DNA from: Candidatus Latescibacterota bacterium
Lineage (GTDB): Bacteria > Latescibacterota > UBA2968 > UBA8231
Assembly: GCA_965204725.1 (NCBI GenBank)
Contig: OZ242005.1
Coordinates: forward strand, 4,800,001 to 4,864,000
Direction of reading: 5' to 3'
DNA: 64,000 nucleotides
Shown here: positions 9,626-19,595 of the stretch, piece by piece
How the letters are laid out: every line of letters begins with the position of its first letter
Numbering within the stretch: position 1 is the stretch's first letter
Notes under the pieces: model-generated
Database searches by the model: none
What the model was told of the DNA's origin: nothing
What the model saw: the letters and a program-made list of their open reading frames with translations, nothing else
Made by a program: the position numbers and the translations under genes

Positions 9626-11470
9626 GTGGTAATGGTGCGGGTTCGTGCGTTAATTGAAAACGTGAATCAAAACGCCCCCAGCATCCACCCCCGCCAAGTG
9701 CGCCAAGTCCTTATGTGGTTCGCCGGCGTCCTGTGGCGCGGTGCGCCTCTGTCGGCCCTCTTAATCGCCAGCGCCAAGTGCTTAGCGGCCCTATTGCCGG
9801 CCGGGCGCATCCTGCTGATCAAGGAGCTCGTCGATGCCGTCCACGCCGCCTTCGGCCAAGGACCGGCTCAGTTCGAGGCGGTGGTCCCCCTGCTGGCCGG
9901 CTTGACGGGCTTGCGGATGTTGGAGGCCGGACTGACGGCGGTGCAGGGCCACGCGGCCGCCGTCATGCGGGAGCAGACTAGCTGGAAGCTGCAAGAGCGG
10001 GTCCTCAACCAAGCGGCCAGCGTGGGGTTGGACGCATTTGAACGCCGCGAGTTTTTCGACCGCATGCAGCGGGCGCGGCAGGCCGCGTACTTCCGCGCCT
10101 ACGGCATCTTCCGCGACGCCATGGCTGCGCTCGAAGGGTTTGTCGTCCTGTGCTCCCTAGTCGCGCTGTTTGCAACCGGGCACTGGTCCATCCCGGTGGT
10201 GCTCTTCTTGGGCACGGCCCCAGTGTTCTACACCCAAATCCGGCGGGGCCGCGAAATGTACGCGCTCTTTCACCGCCAGACGCCCGAGCAGCGCCGCGCC
10301 GAGTACTTGGTCGAGCTGATGACCGACCGCGACGCGGCCAAAGAAATCCGGCTCTACGGACTGGGCTATCTCCTCGCCCGCCTTTGGGAGGAGGTCGCGC
10401 AAACGCTCCGGCAGCAGCGCCTGCGGCTGGCTCTACGCCAGCAGCGCTATATGTTCGGCGGGCGGCTGAGCGGTATTAGCTCGGCGCTTTTGTCGCTGGT
10501 CATCTTGCTCTATCAAGCTACCTATGGCGTCCTGACCTTGGGGGGCTTTTTCGCCCTCGCCGAGGCCATCACGCGCTTCCAAAGCACACTCTTCCAACTG
10601 CTGCGCCAGATAGGCGATGTTTTTGAGCAAACGCTTTACATCCGCGACTTGCGCGACTTCGTGGAGGCACCCACTAAGCAGGAAGGCCGAGTAGCCCTGC
10701 CGGCCGCGCCGCTGGAAATCGCGATTGAAGACGCGGGGTTTGCCTATGGCGACGGGCCGCCCGTGCTCAGGGGGATCAATCTGCGGATTAGGCCGGGGGA
10801 GAAGCTCGCGTTGGTCGGGGAAAACGGGGCCGGCAAGACGACCCTCATCAAGCTGCTCTTAGGGCTGTACCAGCCGAGCACCGGGCGCGTCCTCTACAAC
10901 GGAGTCGATGGCCGCAACATCGACCCCCAGGTCTTGCGGCAGCGCTGCGCGGCGGTCTTCCAAGACTTCGTGCAATACCAGCGCACCGCGTACGAAAACA
11001 TCGGCTATGGCCGGGCCGAAGCGCTCGCCCAGCGGGGCCAAGTGGAGCGGGCCGCAAGCGCGGGGGGCAGTGCGCCGCTGATCGAGTCCTTGGCCGAGCG
11101 CTACGACACCATGCTGGGCCGCTACTTCGAGGGTGGGCAAGACCTATCGCGCGGGGAGTGGCAAAAGCTGGCCCTGTCGCGTGCGTACTTTCGCGACGCC
11201 CAAGTCCTCGTGTTTGACGAGCCAACAGCGGCCCTCGACCCGTGCGCCGAGTTGGAGGTCTTTCGCCAATTTTTGGCCCTGAGCGAGGGCAAGGCCGCTG
11301 TCTTCGTCTCGCACCGCATGGCCTCGGCGCGGGTGGCCGACCGAATCTTGGTCTTGCGCCAAGGCCGGGTGCTGGAGGAGGGGACGCACGCCGAACTGAT
11401 GCAGCGTCGCGGGGAGTACGCCCGCATGTTTTCCCTGCAAGCGCAGTGGTATCAGCCGGAGGTCCCGTGA
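9626..11470 (+). CDS. ABC exporter, fused permease/ATPase (subunit 1)
   Basis: TM N-half, GENGAGKTT, degenerate LSRGEWQ signature, FDEPT. Start uncertain (9626 or 9662). Confidence 0.9.
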   Translation: MVMVRVRALIENVNQNAPSIHPRQVRQVLMWFAGVLWRGAPLSALLIASAKCLAALLPAGRILLIKELVDAVHAAFGQGPAQFEAVVPLLAGLTGLRMLEAGLTAVQGHAAAVMREQTSWKLQERVLNQAASVGLDAFERREFFDRMQRARQAAYFRAYGIFRDAMAALEGFVVLCSLVALFATGHWSIPVVLFLGTAPVFYTQIRRGREMYALFHRQTPEQRRAEYLVELMTDRDAAKEIRLYGLGYLLARLWEEVAQTLRQQRLRLALRQQRYMFGGRLSGISSALLSLVILLYQATYGVLTLGGFFALAEAITRFQSTLFQLLRQIGDVFEQTLYIRDLRDFVEAPTKQEGRVALPAAPLEIAIEDAGFAYGDGPPVLRGINLRIRPGEKLALVGENGAGKTTLIKLLLGLYQPSTGRVLYNGVDGRNIDPQVLRQRCAAVFQDFVQYQRTAYENIGYGRAEALAQRGQVERAASAGGSAPLIESLAERYDTMLGRYFEGGQDLSRGEWQKLALSRAYFRDAQVLVFDEPTAALDPCAELEVFRQFLALSEGKAAVFVSHRMASARVADRILVLRQGRVLEEGTHAELMQRRGEYARMFSLQAQWYQPEVP

Positions 11471-13242
11471 AGCCCGCAAGCGCGACGCGCCTCTTGCCCA
11501 AGCTCCTCAAGGAGGTGCTGCGCGTCCATCCGTGGGGCATGGGGGGGCTGGCCGCCCTCGTGCTGGTCGGCTCGTTGCTGCCGGCCGTGGAGTTGTGGCT
11601 AACGGGGCGGATCGTCGATCAGCTCGCCTCCGCTCTGGGCGGCGGCCGAGCGGCTTTTTTGCAGGTCTTGCCTTGGGTCGGCGGCTTTTTCGCCACGCTT
11701 TTCACGTATATGCTGCTCGATATGGTGCGGGCGGTCTTGCAGACAGATGTCCAAGACAGAATCAGCGTGCGCTTACAGCGGCAAGTCGTCGATAAGGTGC
11801 AGAAGGTTGAGTTGGTCCACTTTGAGCACCCTGCGTTCTACGACGCGCTCAAGCGAGCTAACGAGGACCTGAGCGGCCGGCTCCTCAGCCTGCTCAACGT
11901 GGTGCTAGACACGGCCGGTGCGCTGGGGGGAATGGTCGCGGTCGTAGGTGTGCTGCTGACCGGGCACTGGGCTTTGGGGCCGCTGGCGTTGATCTGCTCG
12001 GCCCCGGGGGTGTGGGTGATGATGCGGCTGAACAAAAAGACCCACTACATCTATCGCGAGCGCACACCGCAATACCGCGAGACCTCCTATCTCCGCGAAT
12101 TGCTCACCGGGCGCGAACAAGCCATGGAGGTGCGGCTCTTCACGCTGCGCGACCACTTGCTCAACACGTGGCGCGAGAAGGCCGTTGCACTGGCGACCGA
12201 GCGCCGCGGGCTAGAGGCCAAACGGGATTGGCTCGGCGGGCTAACCGCCAGCATCGAGGGCTGGGGATACGTGGGCTGTCTGACGATTCTCGTCTGGTTG
12301 GTCGCCGGTGCCCAGCTAACCATCGGCCAGTACGGCATGTTGGCGCGGGCCGTGCAGCAGTTTACTTGGCAGCTCGCGGGGATCATGCGCTCCTTGAACA
12401 CCCTGCACGAGGAGTCGCTGTATCTAGGGGACCTCTACGAATTCCTCGACCGGACGGCTCCCGAAGCGTCCTCGGGCGCGGCGGACGAAGGCCAAGCCCT
12501 CAGCAACCTGCCGCTGCGCTTTGAGCAGGTATCCTTCCGCTATCCAGACAGCGACCTCGTGCTCGCGGGCATTGATCTAGAAATCCGGCCGGGCGAGCGC
12601 ATCGCGCTCGTGGGGGAAAACGGGGCTGGCAAGACGACGTTGGTCAAGCTGATGATGGGGCTGTATCAGCCGACGAGCGGCCGGGTTTTGCTCGGGGACG
12701 AGCCGCTTTTGGCCTATCCCCAAGAGCGAGTCCGGCAGCTTTTTGCCGCGGTCTTCCAAGACTTTGTGCGCTTCCAATTTCCCGTGCGCGCAAATATCGC
12801 CTTTGGGGCGCTGGGGCAAGCGGCCTCGGTCGAGCGGGCGGCCGAGCTGGCTGGAGCCGCGCCGTTTATCGCCGAGTTGCCCGGCCAGTACGAGGCCCTG
12901 CTGGGCAAAGAGCTGGGGGGTGCCGACTTATCTACGGGCGAATGGCAGAAGCTGGCTACGGCCCGGGCGCTGGTGCGAGCGGCCGAGTTTGTGGTGCTGG
13001 ACGAGCCGACGGCCGCGCTCGATCCCAAAGCCGAGGCCGAGGTCTATCGGCGCTTTGGGGAGATGACTAAGGACAAGGCTTCGGTGATGATCTCGCACCG
13101 GCTGGGAGCAGCCCGCACGGCCGACCGCATCCTCGTGCTCAAAGGCGGGCAAATCGTCGAGCAAGGGACGCACGAGGCATTGATGCGGCAAGGCGGCGAG
13201 TATAGCCGATTGTTCAGCCTACAAGCTCAATGGTATGAGTAA
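11467..13242 (+). CDS. ABC exporter, fused permease/ATPase (subunit 2)
   Basis: GTG overlaps the upstream stop (GTGA). GENGAGKTT, LSTGEWQ, LDEPT. Paralog of the previous gene, probably a heterodimer. Confidence 0.9.
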   Translation: MKPASATRLLPKLLKEVLRVHPWGMGGLAALVLVGSLLPAVELWLTGRIVDQLASALGGGRAAFLQVLPWVGGFFATLFTYMLLDMVRAVLQTDVQDRISVRLQRQVVDKVQKVELVHFEHPAFYDALKRANEDLSGRLLSLLNVVLDTAGALGGMVAVVGVLLTGHWALGPLALICSAPGVWVMMRLNKKTHYIYRERTPQYRETSYLRELLTGREQAMEVRLFTLRDHLLNTWREKAVALATERRGLEAKRDWLGGLTASIEGWGYVGCLTILVWLVAGAQLTIGQYGMLARAVQQFTWQLAGIMRSLNTLHEESLYLGDLYEFLDRTAPEASSGAADEGQALSNLPLRFEQVSFRYPDSDLVLAGIDLEIRPGERIALVGENGAGKTTLVKLMMGLYQPTSGRVLLGDEPLLAYPQERVRQLFAAVFQDFVRFQFPVRANIAFGALGQAASVERAAELAGAAPFIAELPGQYEALLGKELGGADLSTGEWQKLATARALVRAAEFVVLDEPTAALDPKAEAEVYRRFGEMTKDKASVMISHRLGAARTADRILVLKGGQIVEQGTHEALMRQGGEYSRLFSLQAQWYE

Positions 13243-13245
13243 GGA

Positions 13246-13515
13246 CTAGCGCCGGCGGCCTCTGCGGGGCTTGCCGCGCGGGCGCGAGAAGGGGCGGGCA
13301 GTCATTTCCTCGACGACCATGTCAAAGCCCTTGAGGTTTTGCCCGTTGAGCATGTCAATGGCCTCGCGGGCCGCGGCCTTGCTGGGCATGTCGATTTGGC
13401 CCCAGCGGCGGCGCGGGTCAATGGTGACAGCGGCGACCGCACCGAACAACTCAAACAGCGTGCGGAGGTCGTCCGCGGTGGTGTCAGCAGACAGATTATC
13501 GACGCGAATCTTCAT
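13246..13515 (-). CDS. RRM RNA-binding protein
   Basis: MKIRVDNLS...DDLRTLFELFGAV...AREAIDMLNG; Arg-rich tail. Confidence 0.85.
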   Translation of the reverse strand: MKIRVDNLSADTTADDLRTLFELFGAVAAVTIDPRRRWGQIDMPSKAAAREAIDMLNGQNLKGFDMVVEEMTARPFSRPRGKPRRGRRR

Positions 13516-13530
13516 CTAAACTCCAAAATA

Positions 13531-13565
13531 AAAAGGGGGTGATGCGGTGTACATCACCCCCTTTT
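13531..13565. terminator. Bidirectional intrinsic terminator after csp
   Basis: AAAAGGGGGTGATG-loop-CATCACCCCCTTTT perfect hairpin. Confidence 0.85.
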
Positions 13566-13588
13566 GCACTGTGATAAAGCGCAAGGGT

Positions 13589-13798
13589 CTAAAGTGCTAC
13601 GACGCTCTCAGCGGCCGGGCCTTTCTTGCCCTGAACGACCTCAAACTCCACCTGCTGCCCGTCGGACAAGGTGCGAAACCCCTCGGCCCGGATCGCGCTG
13701 TGATGGACGAAAACATCTTCGCCGTTTTCGCGCTCGATAAATCCGAAGCCCTTCGCGTCGTTGAACCACTTTACGGTTCCCTTCTCGCGGTCTGCCAT
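13589..13798 (-). CDS. Cold-shock protein (CspA family)
   Basis: [31 protein letters not shown]. Confidence 0.96.
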   Translation of the reverse strand: MADREKGTVKWFNDAKGFGFIERENGEDVFVHHSAIRAEGFRTLSDGQQVEFEVVQGKKGPAAESVVAL

Positions 13799-14175
13799 GG
13801 GTAAAATCCTTTGCAATGTGCGGTTAGTGCAGAGCGTGCGAATAACTTTGAGTAGGAATCTACTGCTTCAGGCTTTTCGGTAGGAAAACTACATCAGGCC
13901 CGGGGGTAGGAATCTACGCGGATCCGAACGACTGCCAACGTGCGATGAACGCCCCTACAACTATTGCAGAGACACGTAATGGGCTAAATATAGTCAATCT
14001 TAGCCGCAACACAAGCAACTAATTCGCCTGCCGCCGGGCCGTCCAACCCACCCCTTCTCCCTCGTTTCTTGGTTTGGAATTGGTGCTGCGGCCTCTATAT
14101 TAGAAATTCACAAAATGGATAGACGGCCCCAATCCCGTTTATCCCAGCCATCCATGTCGGACCAATGGAGAGACC

Positions 14176-14871
14176 ATGAGCGCGACCGGACCGGGGTTTG
14201 CCGCCGAACATTTGAGCCTCCTTGCGCGGGTCCAGCGCGTGTTTTACGCACCGCGCACGGCTTTTGCCGCAGTGCGCGGCCAAGAGAGCGCCCACGACTG
14301 GTTGCTGCCGGCCCTCTTGGTTTGCGCGGTGGGGGTTGGTGCCCATCACCTAGCCTTCACCGTGGGGGCCCCGGCCATCCAACAGCAGCTAGAGCACCTA
14401 GACGAGGCCGAGCGGCAGCGCGTAGAGGCGTTCCAAGCGCAAGGCTGGATGGTGATTCCGGTGGGGCTTTTCTCGTCCTTAGTCGTGGTCGGGGGCGTAC
14501 TTTTGGTGCTGGCGCGCTCGGCTTTCCAAGCCGAGGTTAGCTACCGGCAAATGCTAATAGTCAAGGCGTATGCAGCCCTCGTGGTCGCTGTCGAGTGGGC
14601 GGTGCAGGCGGTGCTGGTGCTGGCGACGGGCGACATCGGGGCGCATCTGGGGTTGGGCCTTTTCCTGTCTGAGGAGGCTTCAGCCACGTTTGGCGGCCGG
14701 GTGCTCATGGCCCTCAACCCCTTTGATCTGTGGCAGATTGGGATCATGGGCGTCGGGTTGAGCGCGCTGGCCGACGCGCCCGTGCGGAAGGCGACCCTCT
14801 TGCTCGGGCTTTTGTGGCTGTTCTGGCTAGTCGGCGGAACCGTCATCGAGACCGTCGGGCGGACCGCTTGA
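14176..14871 (+). CDS. Yip1-domain membrane protein
   Basis: RVFYAPRTAFAAV, LNPFDLWQI; several TM segments. Confidence 0.75.
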   Translation: MSATGPGFAAEHLSLLARVQRVFYAPRTAFAAVRGQESAHDWLLPALLVCAVGVGAHHLAFTVGAPAIQQQLEHLDEAERQRVEAFQAQGWMVIPVGLFSSLVVVGGVLLVLARSAFQAEVSYRQMLIVKAYAALVVAVEWAVQAVLVLATGDIGAHLGLGLFLSEEASATFGGRVLMALNPFDLWQIGIMGVGLSALADAPVRKATLLLGLLWLFWLVGGTVIETVGRTA

Positions 14872-15904
14872 CGTCAGGGGTCAGTCTTTCTACCCCCCCC
14901 ACTTCCACTCCCTGCACCTCAAACACTTCTGCGAGAAAATTCTCGCCTAGGCGCACGTTGCCCGTAGCGTCTGGGTGGAGATTGTCGGGCAGGTATTCGG
15001 CGAGGCTTTCGTCAAAGAGCTTGAGACCGTCTATGTAATAGATGGTGTCGTCGCCGCGCCGCTTAAACGCTTCGACCGCCTCCGCCACCTCGACGCGCAT
15101 CTGCTCCAAGGTCAGGCCGACCTCATTGGGCGCGGCCTCGCGGTCGTGCCCCCAAATCGGCGAGCAGACCGCAAACGGGGTGTGGGGATGGCCGTCGCGG
15201 ATGGTGGCAAGGGTGCCGAGGACGGCCGGGCGGAAGGTGCGCGGCCCGAGGCTGGCCGCACCGTAGATATTGATGCCGATCTTGACCGAGATAAAGTCTG
15301 CGGGCAGGTCGCGGATGAGCCGAGCGATGAACGGGTCGGCGTGGCACTGGCCGCCGTAGCCCAGCGAAGTGAGGTTGAAGTCCCGAGCGCGAGCGACCAC
15401 CCCGGGCCAAGTGGTGGCGGGCGATCCGGCGGTGCTGCAATGGGTGATGGAACTGCCGTAAGTAACCCACTTCAGCCGCGTGTCCTCGCTTTTTTCGCAA
15501 CGCGCTCCCGCGGGCAATTCAAGGTGGCGCAGGGCGACGGGCATGGCCGGCGACAGCCAGATCTCCAAGGGTTTCTCGCCCGCAGGCAAGCCCGCAAAGC
15601 GGACCTCGGTCGCACCAGCCACATACCGAGCCGTGGCCGCGATCGATCCGTTGATGCACAGGTCAAAGCAGCTGTCCTCGGCCAGCGGCTCGCAGCCGAC
15701 GACCAATTCCTCGGCGTCCGAGACCAAGCGCACTCGCACACCCGAAGGCATCGCGGCCCGCTCGGCTAGGCCGGTCTCCCCGGGCGAATACAAGTCCAAA
15801 TCCCCATGGGGAATGCGCCACGGCTTGACCCAGCCCGGCCCCTCTTCGAGCGAGAGGGCACCACTCCACGTTAGGCGGGGGTCTGTGGCAGGAATGATGG
15901 GCAT
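14843..15904 (-). CDS. SGNH/GDSL-like hydrolase
   Basis: YGSSITH, LGYGG, GIN, DNLHP blocks; start MPIIPATD. Confidence 0.85.
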   Translation of the reverse strand: MPIIPATDPRLTWSGALSLEEGPGWVKPWRIPHGDLDLYSPGETGLAERAAMPSGVRVRLVSDAEELVVGCEPLAEDSCFDLCINGSIAATARYVAGATEVRFAGLPAGEKPLEIWLSPAMPVALRHLELPAGARCEKSEDTRLKWVTYGSSITHCSTAGSPATTWPGVVARARDFNLTSLGYGGQCHADPFIARLIRDLPADFISVKIGINIYGAASLGPRTFRPAVLGTLATIRDGHPHTPFAVCSPIWGHDREAAPNEVGLTLEQMRVEVAEAVEAFKRRGDDTIYYIDGLKLFDESLAEYLPDNLHPDATGNVRLGENFLAEVFEVQGVEVGGVERLTPDVKRSARRSR

Positions 15905-15959
15905 GAAAATCCTTTCTGTGTGGAAGGGAAAAGGCTCACCCGGTGCGCGGGCGGCCTCA

Positions 15960-16757
15960 TCAATAATATGTCTCCGCGTTGTGTACTGGCTCGTAGCCGA
16001 CTTCGCGCCGGGGCGTTTCAATGTCAAAAATGTTGTAGGTGTTGTCCGAGATCGCAAAATAATGCGCACCGCTGGGCAGATCACCGGCGCAATGCCGCTC
16101 AAAGCAGGCGTGGACCAAGCGGGCGGCGTCCTCTTGGTGGCACCAGACGGCAAAGTAGCCCCGTTCCGGTGCGCGGGCGTCGTTTTGTGCATTGATGCCG
16201 CCCCAGCGCATGGCAACCGCGCTGTGGCCTTGGTCGGCGACCTTTTGCACCCACTCCTCCACGTGGGCTTTTTCGCGTCCGTAGTCGTTGATCGGGTGCG
16301 CGGGCACGGCCGCGGGAATCCGCTCGGGCCAAGCGGTTATCTGGTCGAACTGCCGCTCGGCCAACGTCCAATAGAAGCCCGGCTGGTGAAAGTCGTATAG
16401 CCCATCAACCGCGTGAACCGAGCTGGACCCGACGATCATCGGCGGCTCGTCTTGGGCCAACACCGCGGCAAAAACCAAGTCGGTCATCCGGTTCATGGCC
16501 GCCAAGCCGCCGCCCCGGGCCAGATAGACGACCAAGTCGCATCCGGGGATCAGGGCGCGGAAGTCGTCCGGCGATTCTGTAATATCGAGGTCGATAAAAT
16601 CCCCGCCGGCATCCGGCTCAGTCGCCTTGTCTAGCGCCCCAGGCAAATCCACGGAAACCATGCGGTAGCGCGGGTCGAGCCGCGGCATATAGGTCCGCAG
16701 GCCCGAGCCAATCGCGCCGCGCCCGCCGATGAGCAAAACCTTGTATTCTGACGCCAT
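15960..16757 (-). CDS. NAD-dependent epimerase/dehydratase (uronate dehydrogenase-like)
   Basis: IGGRGAIG, SSSVHA, YGREK, AISDN. Confidence 0.8.
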   Translation of the reverse strand: MASEYKVLLIGGRGAIGSGLRTYMPRLDPRYRMVSVDLPGALDKATEPDAGGDFIDLDITESPDDFRALIPGCDLVVYLARGGGLAAMNRMTDLVFAAVLAQDEPPMIVGSSSVHAVDGLYDFHQPGFYWTLAERQFDQITAWPERIPAAVPAHPINDYGREKAHVEEWVQKVADQGHSAVAMRWGGINAQNDARAPERGYFAVWCHQEDAARLVHACFERHCAGDLPSGAHYFAISDNTYNIFDIETPRREVGYEPVHNAETYY

Positions 16758-16872
16758 GCAACGCCTCCTTTGTGCAGGCAAACCTAAGCGACGAGCCGCC
16801 GCTTGACCAGCCTTTGCCGCGCGTCCCGGAAGAAGGCAACCACCCGCCGCTGGGTTTGGATTTCTCGCTTCG

Positions 16873-18792
16873 TCACATGTTCGTCAACCAGCGCCCTTTT
16901 TCCGCAGTCAGCGCATAGACTGCACCCCATATCCCTGAGACGGAAACCTCGCCCAAAATCAACCCCAGAAAAAACGGCTTGGCGTTCTGGAACAGACGCA
17001 CGCCGCCAAAGCGGACGATGACCAACTTCAAAAACCAAGCGACCAGCGCCGAAAACCAGATCTGACTCGTCAACCAGCCCACGGCAATGGCAAAGCCGAC
17101 CGGGTGCAAAGGCCACCAAAACCACCGATGCTGCGCCCACATTAGAAACCCCTCTACGGCCGCGCCGATTCCCTTGAAAAGCCAGCCGCGCATGTTGGCC
17201 TCGGGCATGTTGAGGATGGTCGGGCCGATGTAGGGCCAGCCGTGGGCACCGGCCCAATCGATCAGGGATAGATTGATCGCTCCATAGGTGTAGGCCAGTT
17301 CCAAGGTCATGTAAGCCGCGCCCACCAAGCTGCACACCAGCGCCAGCATCAGGCCCCAAAACAGCCGCGTCTTGGGGCCGGGGATCTGTTCGGCGAGTTT
17401 GAGACCATTGGCGCAGGCGACCATCGGCGAAGTCCGCGATTCCCCTTGCCAAACAAAGGTGAAGTTGAGGGCGACCAAGCCCTTGGCCCCGAGGACTGAG
17501 GTGCCCAACCCCGAAATGATGAAGTACGCCGGGACAATGGGGCTGCGGGCGGTAGCCACGCCGCCGGTGGCCACCACGCGCGCGACCAAGATGAAGAACA
17601 GCAGGCTGACGACGAGCAAGATCGGGAGCACCGCAATGGGCACCCCCGAACGCCAGAGCCAAACGGCGACGAAGAGCAGGCTGGCCAAAAAGCCGCAGAC
17701 GGCCGTGCGATAGCCGAGCAACTCCTCGCTGTCGTCAACGCCGCCGTGCGGGTTCCAGAGCTTGCGCCCGACCTCTTTGAGATGGGGCCGGGCGGTCCAC
17801 AGCCCAAAGAGCACCAACACAATGACCGCGCCGGTGGCTTGATGAGTCAGATCGGCCGGTTGCGAGTACTCGTACGCGCTCAGGCGCTCGGTGCTGGCGA
17901 TGCCGAGGGTTTTGAAGACCCCTTCCTCCACCTTGGAGAACACATAGAAGAACCAGATGCTGAACGCGATCTCGAGATTGACCAAGTAGAAGAAGCCGAC
18001 CCAAGCCAAGTTGAGCGCGATCGGCAGGTGCAAGGTCTGATTGAAAAGGGAAAAACGGCCTCTAGGGTGGTATTCGGGTACGAATGGGAAGTAGTGGTTG
18101 AGGGCGTTGAGGCTGAGCAGGATGAAGGGCACGGCAAACCCCAGCCACATCCGCTGATTCTTAAAAAAAGGAGCCAAGCACATATTGGCGTCCTTCTCAA
18201 TCATGTTCTGCGGCAGTTGGACCATGGGGTAGGTCAGCCGCTCGTGCGTTGACCACTGGCGGTGGAGGATGGTGCTCAGGCAAATCAGCATGAAGCTCAT
18301 GGCCACGATCAAGGCCAGCCAGTAGGCCATCGGCTCCATCCAGACGCCCCACGGGATGGACGCACCTTGCGGCAGGCCCTCGTAGTAATACTTGATGGCC
18401 TCGAAATCCTGCGGTGCGATCCACGAGGGAATAAAATCGTAGAACAGCTCGGCGTAGTTGTTTTCTGGGGTCGCGTAGTAGAAGGGATAGACGATGGTGC
18501 CAATGAGGAAGAACATCAGGCCCCAAGTCGGCACCGTGACCGCCATGATCAACATGCAGTAAATCAGGACGAGATCGGCTTTGGACAGGGCAAAATGGCG
18601 GTGGATCAGGGCCACGAACCCATTGACGGCAAAGGTCAGAAAAAAAAAGAGAAACAGGGCACCCGGCGAAGAGGGGTTAAAGCCGACCCAGTAGTAATTG
18701 AACACAACCCCATAAGGGGCGAGCAGACCCACCGCTAGGGAGAGGGCGACGCCGACTAGCAATCCCCGGATGCTGAAAGGCGAGTGGGGCAT
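16873..18792 (-). CDS. Large polytopic membrane protein, DUF6785/OPT-like putative transporter
   Basis: RQWSTHERLTYPMVQLP, WWPLHPVG, PFFLGLILGE motifs; many TM helices. Confidence 0.75.
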   Translation of the reverse strand: MPHSPFSIRGLLVGVALSLAVGLLAPYGVVFNYYWVGFNPSSPGALFLFFFLTFAVNGFVALIHRHFALSKADLVLIYCMLIMAVTVPTWGLMFFLIGTIVYPFYYATPENNYAELFYDFIPSWIAPQDFEAIKYYYEGLPQGASIPWGVWMEPMAYWLALIVAMSFMLICLSTILHRQWSTHERLTYPMVQLPQNMIEKDANMCLAPFFKNQRMWLGFAVPFILLSLNALNHYFPFVPEYHPRGRFSLFNQTLHLPIALNLAWVGFFYLVNLEIAFSIWFFYVFSKVEEGVFKTLGIASTERLSAYEYSQPADLTHQATGAVIVLVLFGLWTARPHLKEVGRKLWNPHGGVDDSEELLGYRTAVCGFLASLLFVAVWLWRSGVPIAVLPILLVVSLLFFILVARVVATGGVATARSPIVPAYFIISGLGTSVLGAKGLVALNFTFVWQGESRTSPMVACANGLKLAEQIPGPKTRLFWGLMLALVCSLVGAAYMTLELAYTYGAINLSLIDWAGAHGWPYIGPTILNMPEANMRGWLFKGIGAAVEGFLMWAQHRWFWWPLHPVGFAIAVGWLTSQIWFSALVAWFLKLVIVRFGGVRLFQNAKPFFLGLILGEVSVSGIWGAVYALTAEKGRWLTNM

Positions 18793-18795
18793 TCC

Positions 18796-19581
18796 CTACT
18801 CGGCGGCCGAGGCGGCCAAAAGCCCCCCATCCACCGGCAGGGACGCCCCGGTGATGCAGCCAGCGGCCGGCGAGCAGAGAAAGGCCACGGCCCGGCCAAT
18901 GTCTTCGGGGGTTCCCGGACGACGTAGGGGAACGATGTCGTGGAGCCGTTCATGGAGAACGCCCCGTGCCGGAGGCGGTTCGTTAAAGACGTGATCAGTG
19001 TCCATGTATCCGGGCATGATGGCATTGCAGCGGATGCCGTGTTCGCCCAAGTCAACGGCCATGCTTTCGGTCAGGCGCAAGACGCCGGCTTTGGCGGCTC
19101 CGTATGCCGTGTCGTTCTTCCACGCCCGCCGCCCGTGTACCGAGGAGGTGCTGACGATGGCCCCCCCTTCGCCCTGCGCCACCATGGCGCGCGCCGCCTG
19201 CTGCGAGCACAGGAAAAATCCCTTGAGGCCCACGTCGAGGTTTTGATCCCAGTTCTCCTCGCTGAGTTCGAGGAAGGGCTCGCCCGTGCCGCCGTAGGGG
19301 TTGTTGACCAAGATGTCAATGCGGCCAAACCGCTCTAAAAAAGCCGCGAACATCGCCTCGACTTGGTCTCGAGCGGAAATATCGCCCGCGAAGAATTCGG
19401 CCTCGCGGCCCATAGCGCGGATTAGGCTCAGGGTTTTGTCAACGTCTTCGTCGTCGTGTAGGTCGTTGATCCCCACGTCGCAGCCAGCTTCGGCTAAAGC
19501 GAGAGCAATGCCGCGACCAATGCGGCGCTTACCGCCGGTGACGAGGGCCTTTTTTTCGCGTAGCAAGTAGGGGTCGGACAT
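18796..19581 (-). CDS. SDR family oxidoreductase
   Basis: TGGKRRIG, LVNN, YGAAK, PEDIG, ITGASLPVDGG. Start MSDPY after AAGGAG. Confidence 0.9.
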   Translation of the reverse strand: MSDPYLLREKKALVTGGKRRIGRGIALALAEAGCDVGINDLHDDEDVDKTLSLIRAMGREAEFFAGDISARDQVEAMFAAFLERFGRIDILVNNPYGGTGEPFLELSEENWDQNLDVGLKGFFLCSQQAARAMVAQGEGGAIVSTSSVHGRRAWKNDTAYGAAKAGVLRLTESMAVDLGEHGIRCNAIMPGYMDTDHVFNEPPPARGVLHERLHDIVPLRRPGTPEDIGRAVAFLCSPAAGCITGASLPVDGGLLAASAAE

Positions 19582-19595
19582 GGTGCGCTCCTTGT

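Noticed and set aside
11242-11466. N-terminal extension of the second ABC exporter (likewise 15905-16216, 19582-19701, 20331-20495)
   Set aside because: These extensions overlap neighbouring genes. Downstream starts have an RBS or translational coupling.
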